A DNA stretch of 64,000 nucleotides from Acidimicrobiia bacterium (GCA_035458525.1 DATHZQ010000091.1:70201-134200), one strand, 5' to 3'. Counted from the first letter of the stretch, positions 51,212-60,299 are shown. Made by a program: numbers and translations. The notes: a model not told the origin generated them from the letters alone.

Positions 51212-52045
51212 GTGGATTGGCTGATCGAGCCGTTCGAGTTCGCGTTCCAGCAGCGTGCGCTGGCTGCAGGCTCCCTGGCGGCGATCGCCCTGGCGCTCGT
51301 GGGGACCTGGGTGGTGATCCGAGGAATGAGCTTTCTCGGTGATGCGCTGGTGCATGGCGTCATCCCCGGCATCGCCCTGGCGATCTTGTTCGACTTCAAC
51401 GTCATGATCGGCGCCGCGGCGGCGGCATTCGTCATGATCCTCGGCATAAACCTCGTGCACCGCCAGACGACCTTCTCCGAGGACACCGGCATCGGGTTGC
51501 TCTTCGTCGGCATGCTTGCGGTCGGCGTGATCCTCATCTCCCGGACTGCCTCCTATTCGGGCAATCTCACGTCGATCCTGTTCGGCGACGTCCTCGGGGT
51601 GACGACGACTGACGTGGCGGTCGCCGGGGCCCTCCTCTTCGTGGCCCTGCTCACCTCGGCCCTGCTCTACCGGCCCTTCCTCGTCCTGGCGTTCAACGAG
51701 CAGAAGGCGCAGCTGCTGGGCCTACGGCCGGGGTTTGCGCACTGGATGCTGCTCGGTCTCCTCACCGCGGTCATCGTTGGTTCGTTCCAGACGGTTGGCA
51801 CCCTGCTCGTGTTCGGAATGCTGGTTGGCCCGCCGGCTACGGCCGCCCTCATCGTGCGGCGACTGCCTTTGATGATGTTCACCGCAGCACTGATCGGCGT
51901 GCTCTCCGTCGTCCTCGGGCTCATCGTGAGCTTTCACCTCGATACAGCGGGGTCAGCAACGATGGCATTGATTCCGATCATCCTCTTCTTCCTCGTACTC
52001 ACCGCACGCAACCTCACCTCAGGGCATCGAACCCGCACTGCCTGA
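51212..52045 (+). CDS. znuB: Metal ABC transporter permease (ZnuB/MntC family)
   Basis: FEFAFQQRALAAGSLAAIALALVGTWVVIRGMSFLGDALVHGVIPGIA... is the canonical ABC-3 permease pattern. Confidence 0.85.
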   Translation: MDWLIEPFEFAFQQRALAAGSLAAIALALVGTWVVIRGMSFLGDALVHGVIPGIALAILFDFNVMIGAAAAAFVMILGINLVHRQTTFSEDTGIGLLFVGMLAVGVILISRTASYSGNLTSILFGDVLGVTTTDVAVAGALLFVALLTSALLYRPFLVLAFNEQKAQLLGLRPGFAHWMLLGLLTAVIVGSFQTVGTLLVFGMLVGPPATAALIVRRLPLMMFTAALIGVLSVVLGLIVSFHLDTAGSATMALIPIILFFLVLTARNLTSGHRTRTA

Positions 52046-52141
52046 CGGGCTCATCGCCGCGCCGAATATCGCGGTACGTGATACATCACGACGCCGATTG
52101 CGGCGGAGCGGCGTTCGAAACGGGCCCGGGCTCGCCGCCGC

Positions 52142-52498
52142 TCAGCCACGCAGCCTGCGGAGCTGCGAGTCGACATAGCGGCGTGCTTTGCGCTGCCCAC
52201 CCCGCGATGCGATCGCATCCTCGAGCGACTCGAGAGTACGCACCACCACCTCCCGCTTCGGCCGCCAGCCGCGCCGCTCACACTCGTCGATCCAATCGCC
52301 GAGCGTGCGGTGGCCGCGCTGCCCGTTGCACCTCCGGCAGGCGGCGACCTCGTTCTCCAGCCAGCTCGGTCCGCCCTTGATGCGGGGTACGAGGTGCTCG
52401 GTCGTAGCGGCGACGAGACCCTGGAGTGTGCGCCCGCACCACACACAGGCATTGCCGTCACGGCCGAGGATCATTTCCATCCGCTGTCGCCGATTCAT
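52142..52498 (-). CDS. HNH endonuclease-domain protein
   Basis: DGNACVWCGR....TTEHLVPRIKGGPSWLENEVAACRRCNGQRGH gives the H-N-H core with CxxC pairs. Confidence 0.85.
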   Translation of the reverse strand: MNRRQRMEMILGRDGNACVWCGRTLQGLVAATTEHLVPRIKGGPSWLENEVAACRRCNGQRGHRTLGDWIDECERRGWRPKREVVVRTLESLEDAIASRGGQRKARRYVDSQLRRLRG

Positions 52499-52574
52499 CG
52501 ATGCCGCTCACTGGTCCCGTCCCGACCCAACCCTAGAAACGTGCGTTGCACTGCACCGAGTCGGCGTCATCGAG

Positions 52575-53402
52575 TCAGAGATCGAATCCAATGCCCGCCT
52601 TTCCAGGCACGAATTCGAATGGCACGTCCCACTCTTCGATCGCGGCGGCGACCGCATCGAGCATGGCGTCGTCGTGGGCCGGATCGTGATGAAAACTGAC
52701 GAGTCGCGAGGCACCCGCCAGCGTGGCGAGGGCTGCGGCATGGCGAAACGTGCTGTGACCCCAACCCCGGCGCGTCTCGTACTCCTCCTCGGTGTACTGC
52801 GCATCGTGGATCAGGAGATCGGCACCGTTGACGAGGTCGAATCCGGACACCCACTCCGGATCGCCGGGGAAGTCGACAGCACCGAGCGCCGGTTCGTGAT
52901 CCGGAACGTAGGCGACCGTGCCACCGTCCGCAGTGATCCGGTAGCCGTATGTCAGCCCCGGGTGCACGACGAAGTCGGCCTGCACCGTCGCTCCGCCCAG
53001 TTCCACGGTTCCCGGATCGAGGTCGTGCACATAGACGTTGTCGGTGTCGCGAAGCCGAACCGGGAACAGCGGAGGCGACAGGTACCGCGAGAGACGGTGC
53101 TCCAGCGTGAATCGCGGGGATGCGGGTCCCCACAGGTGCACCTCCACGTCGGGGTCCAACAGCGGGGCGAAGAAGCCCAGGCCTTGGATGTGATCCATGT
53201 GCAGGTGGGTCAGCAACACGTCGATCCGCCGGCAATGCGCGAGTTCATCGCTCAGTCGCCGGATGCCGGATCCAGCGTCCAGCACCAATGCCGTATCGTC
53301 ATCGATCCGCAGCTCGACCGCCGAGGTGTCGCCGCCGTAGGCAACCGTGTCGGGTCCTGACGCCGCCAACGATCCACGGGTGCCCCACAGCTTGACCCTC
53401 AC
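52575..53402 (-). CDS. MBL-fold metallo-hydrolase
   Basis: The GTG at 53402 overlaps the PAS gene stop (GTGA). KLWGTRGS...GGDTSAVEL...DAGSG...LLTHLHMDHIQG...HDAQYTEEEY....GWGHST. Confidence 0.85.
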   Translation of the reverse strand: MRVKLWGTRGSLAASGPDTVAYGGDTSAVELRIDDDTALVLDAGSGIRRLSDELAHCRRIDVLLTHLHMDHIQGLGFFAPLLDPDVEVHLWGPASPRFTLEHRLSRYLSPPLFPVRLRDTDNVYVHDLDPGTVELGGATVQADFVVHPGLTYGYRITADGGTVAYVPDHEPALGAVDFPGDPEWVSGFDLVNGADLLIHDAQYTEEEYETRRGWGHSTFRHAAALATLAGASRLVSFHHDPAHDDAMLDAVAAAIEEWDVPFEFVPGKAGIGFDL

Positions 53403-53791
53403 CCGGCTTCGCTCTCCCAGAACATGGCAACCACGCCGTGACGGCGACCCATGGCATCTACGGGGAACGCTGTCACCTTGATGCGGCGCCAAACCCCGTC
53501 GGCGGCACCGAATCGAAGCTCACCGTGGGCGGGCCGTCCCGTGTGCATCGCGGCAACGATGGGCAACTCCTCAGCCGGCATGGGCGAGCCATCCAACCGG
53601 GTGGTACCGAAGATCTCGCTGAGCTGAGATGCGTTGATCCGTCCGGCTTCCTCGAAACGCAGCCCCAATATGGCCTCGGCGGGCTCGTTGTAGAAGAGGA
53701 GGTCGCCGTGAACATCCATCAACCACACCGGGATGTCCAGGTAGGAGGCCCACTGGCGCAGCAAGATCAATTCGATCGGTTGTTGTTCCAC
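53399..53791 (-). CDS. Stand-alone PAS-domain protein
   Basis: The 130-aa protein contains PVWLMDVHGDLLFYNEPAEAILGLRFEE...GRPAHGELRFGAADGVWRRIKVTAFPV, a PAS beta-sheet pattern. Confidence 0.7.
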   Translation of the reverse strand: MEQQPIELILLRQWASYLDIPVWLMDVHGDLLFYNEPAEAILGLRFEEAGRINASQLSEIFGTTRLDGSPMPAEELPIVAAMHTGRPAHGELRFGAADGVWRRIKVTAFPVDAMGRRHGVVAMFWESEAG

Positions 53792-53874
53792 ATCGTCCCG
53801 CTCTGCAGGTGGTCCTCAGGCTACGCCGCAGTTGCTGCCCTTGCCCGACCAGACCGCCCGCTCGTCGCCGAGAG

Positions 53875-55233
53875 CTACGTTGGCGGCGTCTGTTGCGATC
53901 TGCGGCCCGCCCCGGGATTGCGGTGGTGCCACTCAGGCAACGCACCGAGCAGCCATGCACCGAGGAGCGCAGCGATGGGAATGCTCCAGTTGACCACCGC
54001 GTCCGGGGTCACGATGCCGAAATTGGCGATCGCCGCGGCAGAACCGGCTGTCAACAGCACGCCGGTCAGGACGCGTCGCCGCGTGTGCGGCGGAGGCGCC
54101 GACGACGTGCGCCATTCGAAGCGGGCGAACACCGCAACCAAGGCTGCGGTCACGGCGCTGAGCGCAGCCAGCCACAGCGGACGCGAAAGCCACCACACCC
54201 ACGTGCCCGGCTCCACCTGAAACACCACCCCGTCGAAGACGTTGAGGAACAGCGCCCCCACGAACGACATCGCCGTCAGGTGCCACAGATACACGGTCAT
54301 GATGACACCGGAAATGGCAACCACAACGTGCCACGAGCGCGTCGGTTGCATCATGCGGGCCACGTGATGCTGGGTGGCCCAGATCCCACCGGCCTGCACG
54401 AGGCCGAGCAGGAACATCGCTGCCGTGGGCGGTGTCATGTTCGTGACGCCGGCGCCGGGCACTCCCACCATCGCAACGGGGTACCAGCCGACCCACGTCA
54501 CCGCGACCAGCACGGCGAGCCCTGCCGCGAAGATCAGACCACCGTCACGGGCGGGGAAGCCGCCGGCGGCATCGCGGCGCGCCCACCAGTACCCCAACTG
54601 GTGCACCGCAGCCCAGACGAAGAGGAAGTTGACCCAGCCGATCCCGGGAACGTCGACGGCGAAGCGCAGCAGATCCACCGCCACCGCACATCCGAGGAGC
54701 GCCGCAACGCTGACGAGGCCGGCTCGCTTCCACCAGGCGTGGGTGAACGGCGCCAGGGCCGTGAGGGAGATGTACACGGCCAGGAACCAGATTGGGACGG
54801 TCGCCGACATCGCCCCCGCGTAGACCACCTCAGGAGCAACCAGCGGTCGCAACAGGACGATCAGCATCACCCAGACCACGAGCAGGGGGATGACCGGCGT
54901 GAACAGCCGACGGGTGCGAGCGGTGATCCAGTCTCTCCTCAGCTGCTCGCCGCGCTCGACCTTGCCGAGACCGCGGGCGTTGGCGTATCCCCCGGCGATG
55001 AAGAAGATCGGCATCACTTGGACGAGCCAGGTGATCCAGCCCGCATAGGGAACCCACTCGAGCGAGTTGAGCAATTCGATCTCACCGCTGGGTGTCAGCC
55101 ATATCGATGCCGCCAGCCAGTGGCCGAAGACGACTACGCAGATGGCCGCCGCTCGCCAGAAGTCCACAACGCGGTTCCGGCTCGCCGGTGTGGCTTCCGC
55201 AAGTCCTCTGGTGTGATCGACGTACGACGACAT
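53875..55233 (-). CDS. Acyltransferase-3 family integral membrane O-acyltransferase
   Basis: RNRVVDFWRAAAICVVVFGHW...MPIFFIAGGY..., with about 10 TM helices. Start at Met119 of track ORF 53875..55587. Confidence 0.85.
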   Translation of the reverse strand: MSSYVDHTRGLAEATPASRNRVVDFWRAAAICVVVFGHWLAASIWLTPSGEIELLNSLEWVPYAGWITWLVQVMPIFFIAGGYANARGLGKVERGEQLRRDWITARTRRLFTPVIPLLVVWVMLIVLLRPLVAPEVVYAGAMSATVPIWFLAVYISLTALAPFTHAWWKRAGLVSVAALLGCAVAVDLLRFAVDVPGIGWVNFLFVWAAVHQLGYWWARRDAAGGFPARDGGLIFAAGLAVLVAVTWVGWYPVAMVGVPGAGVTNMTPPTAAMFLLGLVQAGGIWATQHHVARMMQPTRSWHVVVAISGVIMTVYLWHLTAMSFVGALFLNVFDGVVFQVEPGTWVWWLSRPLWLAALSAVTAALVAVFARFEWRTSSAPPPHTRRRVLTGVLLTAGSAAAIANFGIVTPDAVVNWSIPIAALLGAWLLGALPEWHHRNPGAGRRSQQTPPT

Positions 55234-55362
55234 CGGGCCTCCTACGGCGAGCCTGTCACCAAAGGGACCACCTCGGCAATAGGGGGATTCCCCGAGGAAT
55301 CGAATATCGCATCGAACCTGGGTCCGACCTGCAAGAATGGTCGGGCCGAGCCAGGAGGCACC

Positions 55363-55806
55363 ATGACGACTGAGCGCGCACCGCACCTTGCGCGGAGCTA
55401 CCGCCAATCCGCCGCCCTCCCTTATCGATACCGAGATGGCGATTTGGAAGTGCTGCTCGTCACGTCGCGCAAGCGAGGGCGTTGGATCGCCCCGAAAGGC
55501 ATCGTTGAACGGGGCCTGACACCGGCCGCATCGGCGGCAAAGGAAGCGCTCGAAGAAGCCGGCGTCGAGGGGGACGTGAGTGAGCATGCGCTGGGCTCAT
55601 ACCGCCATTCGAAGTGGCACGGCGTGCGCAACGTCGAGCTCTTCCCGCTGCTCGTCACGACGGAGCTGGACCAATGGGACGAATCCGCCTTCCGTGAGCG
55701 GCGCTGGATGCCGGTCACAAAGGCGATGAGCAAAGTGGACAACTTGAAGCTGGCGCGCCTCATCGGACGCCTCCCCGAGTTCGTTGGTGTCGCCCAGCCA
55801 CGCTGA
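55363..55806 (+). CDS. NUDIX hydrolase
   Basis: An AGGAGG RBS precedes the start. WIAPKGIVERGLTPAASAAKEALEEAGVEG is the Nudix box (GX5EX7REUXEEXGU-like). Confidence 0.85.
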   Translation: MTTERAPHLARSYRQSAALPYRYRDGDLEVLLVTSRKRGRWIAPKGIVERGLTPAASAAKEALEEAGVEGDVSEHALGSYRHSKWHGVRNVELFPLLVTTELDQWDESAFRERRWMPVTKAMSKVDNLKLARLIGRLPEFVGVAQPR

Positions 55807-55869
55807 CCAACCTCGGCCGGGAATCGATCACGAAAAAACTCGCACATCGACGGAACCTGTCGCGTACGC

Positions 55870-56202
55870 TTGACGCAGGACATCCACGAGGCAGGACAAA
55901 TCGTGGCACCGAGTACCGCGCAGGTGACGATCACGGCGACGACCGGCACAGCAGCGACTGCCGTGCTCCTCTTCGCAACGACGATGGGCGGCATGCCGGG
56001 AGCAATCGCCGCCATCCTGGCCATGTTCACAGCAGCGGTGACCCTGGGCCTTCTGGCATTTCTCCTCTCGGAACGCCGCGGTCACCGTGCGAGCGGAGCT
56101 CAGGGCGGTGATCCGGAAACGTGCGGATCCTGTGGGCGACGTCGCAGGCTGCAACGCGAGGTCCACGTCTGCACCGTCTGCGACGCAAGGGCGGTTGCCT
56201 GA
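55870..56202 (+). CDS. Possible small membrane protein with a C-terminal CxxC...CxxC zinc-ribbon
   Basis: Two hydrophobic segments (TAATAVLLFATTMGGMPGAIAAILAMFTAAVTLGLLAFLL) are followed by CGSCGRRRRLQREVHVCTVCD. The start is uncertain and I recognise no family. Confidence 0.4.
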   Translation: MTQDIHEAGQIVAPSTAQVTITATTGTAATAVLLFATTMGGMPGAIAAILAMFTAAVTLGLLAFLLSERRGHRASGAQGGDPETCGSCGRRRRLQREVHVCTVCDARAVA

Positions 56203-56296
56203 AACGCCGCGGTGCGCCGTCAACGATCCCGCAAGCCAGACGACCTCCACGCCCGGCGCGTATCCTGATCGTGCCCAAACAATCAGGAGGTGTGGC

Positions 56297-56598
56297 ATGC
56301 CCGAACCTGCGCCCAACCCGGTTCCCGGGGGGATGTCGACCGTGACCGCACATCTGTGGTTCAACGGCGACTGTGGCAGCGCCATCGATTTCTACGAGAC
56401 CGCGCTCGACGCCACGCCCGGCGGCGACCGAGTCCCCGCTCCTGACGGCAGCGGGATACGGCACGCGATGCTGCGCATTGGCGACGCAGACGTGATCGGG
56501 TCGGCAAGGTGAAGGACCCCTTCGGCCACAACTGGGCGTTTGCCACCCACAAGTGGGTGTACAGCGAAGAGGAGATGGCGGCCGCCATGGGCGGCTGA
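56297..56598 (+). pseudogene. PhnB-like VOC-family gene with an internal deletion/frameshift
   Basis: An AGGAGG RBS precedes the start. The N-terminal part MSTVTAHLWFNGDCGSAIDFYETALDA...IRHAMLRIGDADVIGS stops at 56512. The family-typical end KVKDPFGHNWAFATHKWVYSEEEMAAAMGG is in another frame. About 45 central residues are missing. Confidence 0.55.
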
Positions 56599-56602
56599 GT
56601 CG

Positions 56603-57646
56603 ATGCCGCTTCAGACCACGGCAATCGGGGCGTTCCCGAAGCCGTCCTACGTCGAGCTTCCGGACTGGTTCGCCGGCGATTCGACGGCGGGCTCCGACGC
56701 GACGGTCGCAACGACCAACCTGGTGGTGACCGAGCAACTGGAGTCAGAGGTGGCCCGGGGCGTGCACGACGTCGTGAGGTTGCAGCTCGCCGCAGGCGTC
56801 GACATCCCGACCGATGGTGAGGTGGCGCGGGAGAACTACGTCCACTACCACTGTCGCCATCTCGACGGCATCGACTTCAACACGCTGACTGAGAAGGTCG
56901 TCCGCGACGGTACGTGGACCGCACAGCTCCCGACGTTCGTCGGACCGGTAGCGCCGCGCAGTCACTTCCTCGACGCCGACTACCGCATCGCGCAGGCGGC
57001 AAGCGAGCGACCCGTGAAGATGACCATGCCCGGCCCGCTCACGATCATGGACAGCACCGCGGACGACTACTACGGATCGGAGCTGACGTGGGGCCACGCC
57101 CTTGCCGAGGCACTCAATCACGAGGTGGGCGCCCTCGTCCTCGCCGGCTGTACGCAGATCCAGATCGACGAACCCGTGTTCGCCCGCTACCCGCAGGCCG
57201 CCCGTTCGTACGGCTTCGATCTCCTGGAGATCGCGCTGCATGGCGTTCCGCCGTGCGTCACCACGACACTCCACATGTGTTGCGGGTACCCCGACAGGCT
57301 GGACAACCCGGACTACCCCAAGGCGGACCCGGAGTCATATGTGGAGCTCGCCGACCTCGTCGATCGCAGCAGCATCGATGCAGTGTCGTTGGAGGACGCA
57401 CATCGCCCCAACCCGTTGCAGCTCTTCGAGCGGTTCGAGAGGACGACGGTCGTCCTCGGTTCGGTTCAGATCGCGAGCTCGCGCATCGAACCGGAGGACG
57501 AGATTGCCACACGAGTTGAAACTGTCCTGCGGGTGCTGCCGGCGAGCCGGCTCGTGCTCGCACCTGACTGCGGGCTCGGCATGCTCTCGCCCGACGTCGC
57601 GGTCGCCAAGTTGCGCAACATTCGAAGGGCCGCCGACCGATTCTGA
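56603..57646 (+). CDS. Cobalamin-independent methionine synthase II-family (MetE C-terminal-like) protein
   Basis: MPLQTTAIGAFPKPSY...DIPTDGEVARENYVHY...IQIDEPVFAR...LHMCCGYPD...LAPDCGLGML contains the Zn ligands His/Cys/Cys. Confidence 0.85.
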   Translation: MPLQTTAIGAFPKPSYVELPDWFAGDSTAGSDATVATTNLVVTEQLESEVARGVHDVVRLQLAAGVDIPTDGEVARENYVHYHCRHLDGIDFNTLTEKVVRDGTWTAQLPTFVGPVAPRSHFLDADYRIAQAASERPVKMTMPGPLTIMDSTADDYYGSELTWGHALAEALNHEVGALVLAGCTQIQIDEPVFARYPQAARSYGFDLLEIALHGVPPCVTTTLHMCCGYPDRLDNPDYPKADPESYVELADLVDRSSIDAVSLEDAHRPNPLQLFERFERTTVVLGSVQIASSRIEPEDEIATRVETVLRVLPASRLVLAPDCGLGMLSPDVAVAKLRNIRRAADRF

Positions 57647-58134
57647 TCCGCTGGACCGCCCACTAGGGCGGCTTCGCTCTCCACCACAGCCTTGAGCGTG
57701 GCGAGGCCTTTCTCGAAGTCGGGACCGACCATGCTGTCCATGCTCTTGAAAATGCCCAAGATCCGCGTCATGAAGGTCTTCTTGCCAGTCATTGCCCACG
57801 TGACGTTGGTGCCGTCCGACGTGGGCTCGAGCGAGAACTCGGTCCGGTTCCTTGCCTTGAAGGGCTTGATGAACTCGAGCGCGATGTGGACGCTCGAAGG
57901 CTCCGTGGCGTCCTTGATCTCCATCCTCCCCTGCCCAACCTTACGATTGCCGGACCACGAGTACTTGGCCCCCGGCCCCGAATCAGGGCCCGAGAACTTC
58001 TTCTCCATCTCCGGATCCATCTCATCCCAAGGGGACCAGGCACCCCAATTGTGGAAGTCGACGATGTGGGCGAAGACCCGATCCGGGGCGGCGCCGATGG
58101 TTGCAGAACGCTGAACCGTGCACGTGTCGCCCAT
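57466..58134 (-). CDS. SRPBCC (polyketide cyclase / START-like) protein with an anomalous ~60-aa C-terminal read-through
   Basis: MGDTCTVQRSATIGAAPDRVFAHIVDFHNWGAWSPWDEMDP...GKKTFMTRILGIFKSMDSMVGPDFEKGLATLKAVVE is a complete domain of about 155 aa. The ORF then continues 181 nt into the convergent metE-like gene, across a hairpin at 57656..57671. Confidence 0.7.
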   Translation of the reverse strand: MGDTCTVQRSATIGAAPDRVFAHIVDFHNWGAWSPWDEMDPEMEKKFSGPDSGPGAKYSWSGNRKVGQGRMEIKDATEPSSVHIALEFIKPFKARNRTEFSLEPTSDGTNVTWAMTGKKTFMTRILGIFKSMDSMVGPDFEKGLATLKAVVESEAALVGGPADQNRSAALRMLRNLATATSGESMPSPQSGASTSRLAGSTRRTVSTRVAISSSGSMRELAI

Positions 58135-58298
58135 GCACCCGAACATAGCAAGCGAGGCTCGCCGCGTCGCTGCCCTGCGGTGAGGGATCGAGGCGGCGGC
58201 TTCAAGCACGCGACCATCCGAGAACGCGATCCGACCTTCGCCCCTATTCCACCCGGTGCGAGGAGCGCGATCGTGGGACGTTGCGATCCGGAGGTCGA

Positions 58299-59648
58299 AT
58301 GCTCCTACGACACTGTCTCGGCGCTTCAGCTCTGGTCGTGGCCGTGCTGGCCGCATGCGGAGGCGGTGGGTCCGACACCATGCACGTCGTCGTCGACGCA
58401 GACGGCGGCTTCGACGACGTCAAAGCCATCCTCTACTTGTTGGAGCGGCCGGATGTGGAGCTGCTCGCCGTAGCGGTGTCCGGCACCGGGATCGCACACT
58501 GCCCCGAGGCGGCACGGAACATCGCCGGCATGCTGGCAATGGTCGGTGCTTCGGAGATTCCGGTTGCGTGCGGCCGCACTACGCCGCTCGAGGGCTCCAA
58601 CGAGGCACCGATCGCCTTTCGGAACGCTGCCGACACGCTGGGCGGCGTCTACCTGCCCGAGGTGACGGGCGTTGACGAGACCGATGCCGTGACCCTGCTG
58701 CGCGACACCTTGCAGGGCGCCAAGGACGTCGTTCTCTTGGCAATCGGCCCCTTGACCAACGTTGCTGAGGCGCTCGAACAGGACGCGGCGCTCGTCGACA
58801 ACATCGAGATGATCTACCTCATGGGGGGCGCCGTCGACGTCGGCGGCAACGTGCTGTATGCCAATCCGGACGCCGAGTTCAACATATGGGCCGATCCCCG
58901 CGCCGCAACGATGGTGTTTGCGACGGACGTGCCCATCACCATGATTCCGCTCGATGCAACGAACGCCGTTCCCGTCACGCCCTATCTCTACGACGTGGTG
59001 GCGGCCCATCGTGACACGTCGCCCGCAACGGACTTCCTGGCCCAATACCTCGACGTGAGTCCGCTCTATGGCGGCATGTACCACTGGGACGAGCTGGCTG
59101 CGGTTGCGGTAACGGACGAATCAGTGGTGACGATCGAAGAACGGCGAGTTGCGGTGATCGACGAGGGCGGAGCTGCGGCGGGAGCAACCGTCGAGGCCGA
59201 CGACGGTCGATCGATCCGCATGGCTACGGACGCCGACCGGGAGCTTTTCGAGGAGCTGTTTTACCGAGCGGTTCTCCGTACCGGCGACACCGGCGTTGTC
59301 GCATGGGCGGCCGACGCGACGTTGTCCTGGGACGGCGTGACGTGCGAATACCAAGGCCCGGATCCCTTGCTCGATGCGATGTGGATTCGCATCGACAACA
59401 CGAGCTCGGCGATGATCGCATGGATCGTCGGATCGTACGCCCCGGGCACCACCACCGACGACTGGGACGACTACGTCGCCGGGGGCGCAGACGCCCCGCC
59501 CGCTTGGTGGAGACAGCAGAGCCAGATCATCGTCCCGGCCGGCGCCCACGATGTGTGGCAAGTCAGCGCCGGAGCAGACGCCACGGCGTTGTGTGTGGCG
59601 GATACCTCTCGCATCTGGGAAGTCGCGGGTCCCCGCCTCAGCGGTTGA
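58299..59648 (+). CDS. Lipoprotein nucleoside hydrolase (IU-NH family) with an extra ~130-aa C-terminal domain
   Basis: The lipobox is AVLAAC-GG. VVVDADGGFDDVKAILYLL is the DxDxxxDD motif. LLAIGPLTNVA...WDELAA follows. I do not recognise the C-terminal domain (LSWDGVTCEYQG...). Confidence 0.85.
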   Translation: MLLRHCLGASALVVAVLAACGGGGSDTMHVVVDADGGFDDVKAILYLLERPDVELLAVAVSGTGIAHCPEAARNIAGMLAMVGASEIPVACGRTTPLEGSNEAPIAFRNAADTLGGVYLPEVTGVDETDAVTLLRDTLQGAKDVVLLAIGPLTNVAEALEQDAALVDNIEMIYLMGGAVDVGGNVLYANPDAEFNIWADPRAATMVFATDVPITMIPLDATNAVPVTPYLYDVVAAHRDTSPATDFLAQYLDVSPLYGGMYHWDELAAVAVTDESVVTIEERRVAVIDEGGAAAGATVEADDGRSIRMATDADRELFEELFYRAVLRTGDTGVVAWAADATLSWDGVTCEYQGPDPLLDAMWIRIDNTSSAMIAWIVGSYAPGTTTDDWDDYVAGGADAPPAWWRQQSQIIVPAGAHDVWQVSAGADATALCVADTSRIWEVAGPRLSG

Positions 59649-59677
59649 TGCAACACGGGGTGCCGTAGCATCCCTGC

Positions 59678-60235
59678 GTGCATCGATTCACCACGATCGT
59701 CTCGGTGATCTCGCCGGCGGCCGGCGAGATCGTGGACGCCGTCGCAGCGGGCGCGGCCAACGTCACCGCGGTTCGCCAGGCCCACGTGGAGGCGGGCGGC
59801 GAGCCGAGTCGTCGTCGGTTGGCATGGGCTGAAGCCGCCCGCGGTCGCAACATCTACACGCTCGTCGACTTCGACCCGGCACAACCCCTCGTCGATGCGT
59901 GGGTCGCCCGGCTGGGTGGAGATCCGCACGCAATGGACACGGTCTCCGGAGTGGTCGGCCAAGGAGGCCTGGCCGAGTACTTCCTCGTCGCCGACGACGT
60001 CGCGGGCGAAAGAGTCCACTGGTACCACGGCCTCCTGCACTCCCTGGCGCCGCGGCGCGTCGTTCCGATCGAGAGCCGACCGGCTTCGGTCGTCGATTCG
60101 CTTGCACATCTCCGGCCGTCACCTCCCTTCCCCGACGCCGCCACCCTCGTCCGCGCTGCGCTGAGCTACGTCCCCACGGGACTCTCGGCTGATGCGAGCG
60201 ACGAGCCCGCCACCCTGGTGATCGACGTCGGCTGA
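59678..60235 (+). CDS. Hypothetical protein
   Basis: The composition looks coding (…NIYTLVDFDPAQPLVDAWVARLGGDPHAMDTV…HWYHGLLHSLAPRRVVPIE). I recognise no family. Confidence 0.5.
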   Translation: MHRFTTIVSVISPAAGEIVDAVAAGAANVTAVRQAHVEAGGEPSRRRLAWAEAARGRNIYTLVDFDPAQPLVDAWVARLGGDPHAMDTVSGVVGQGGLAEYFLVADDVAGERVHWYHGLLHSLAPRRVVPIESRPASVVDSLAHLRPSPPFPDAATLVRAALSYVPTGLSADASDEPATLVIDVG

Positions 60236-60299
60236 CCGGGCAAGTCGATACCGATGCTCCCCGATCAGTACGCTGCTCGACAACAACGACGGGAGTGTC

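Noticed and set aside
52142-52498. HNH endonuclease as a mobile homing element
   Set aside because: There are no flanking repeats, intron or intein context, integrase or phage genes. It sits in an ordinary same-strand gene string.
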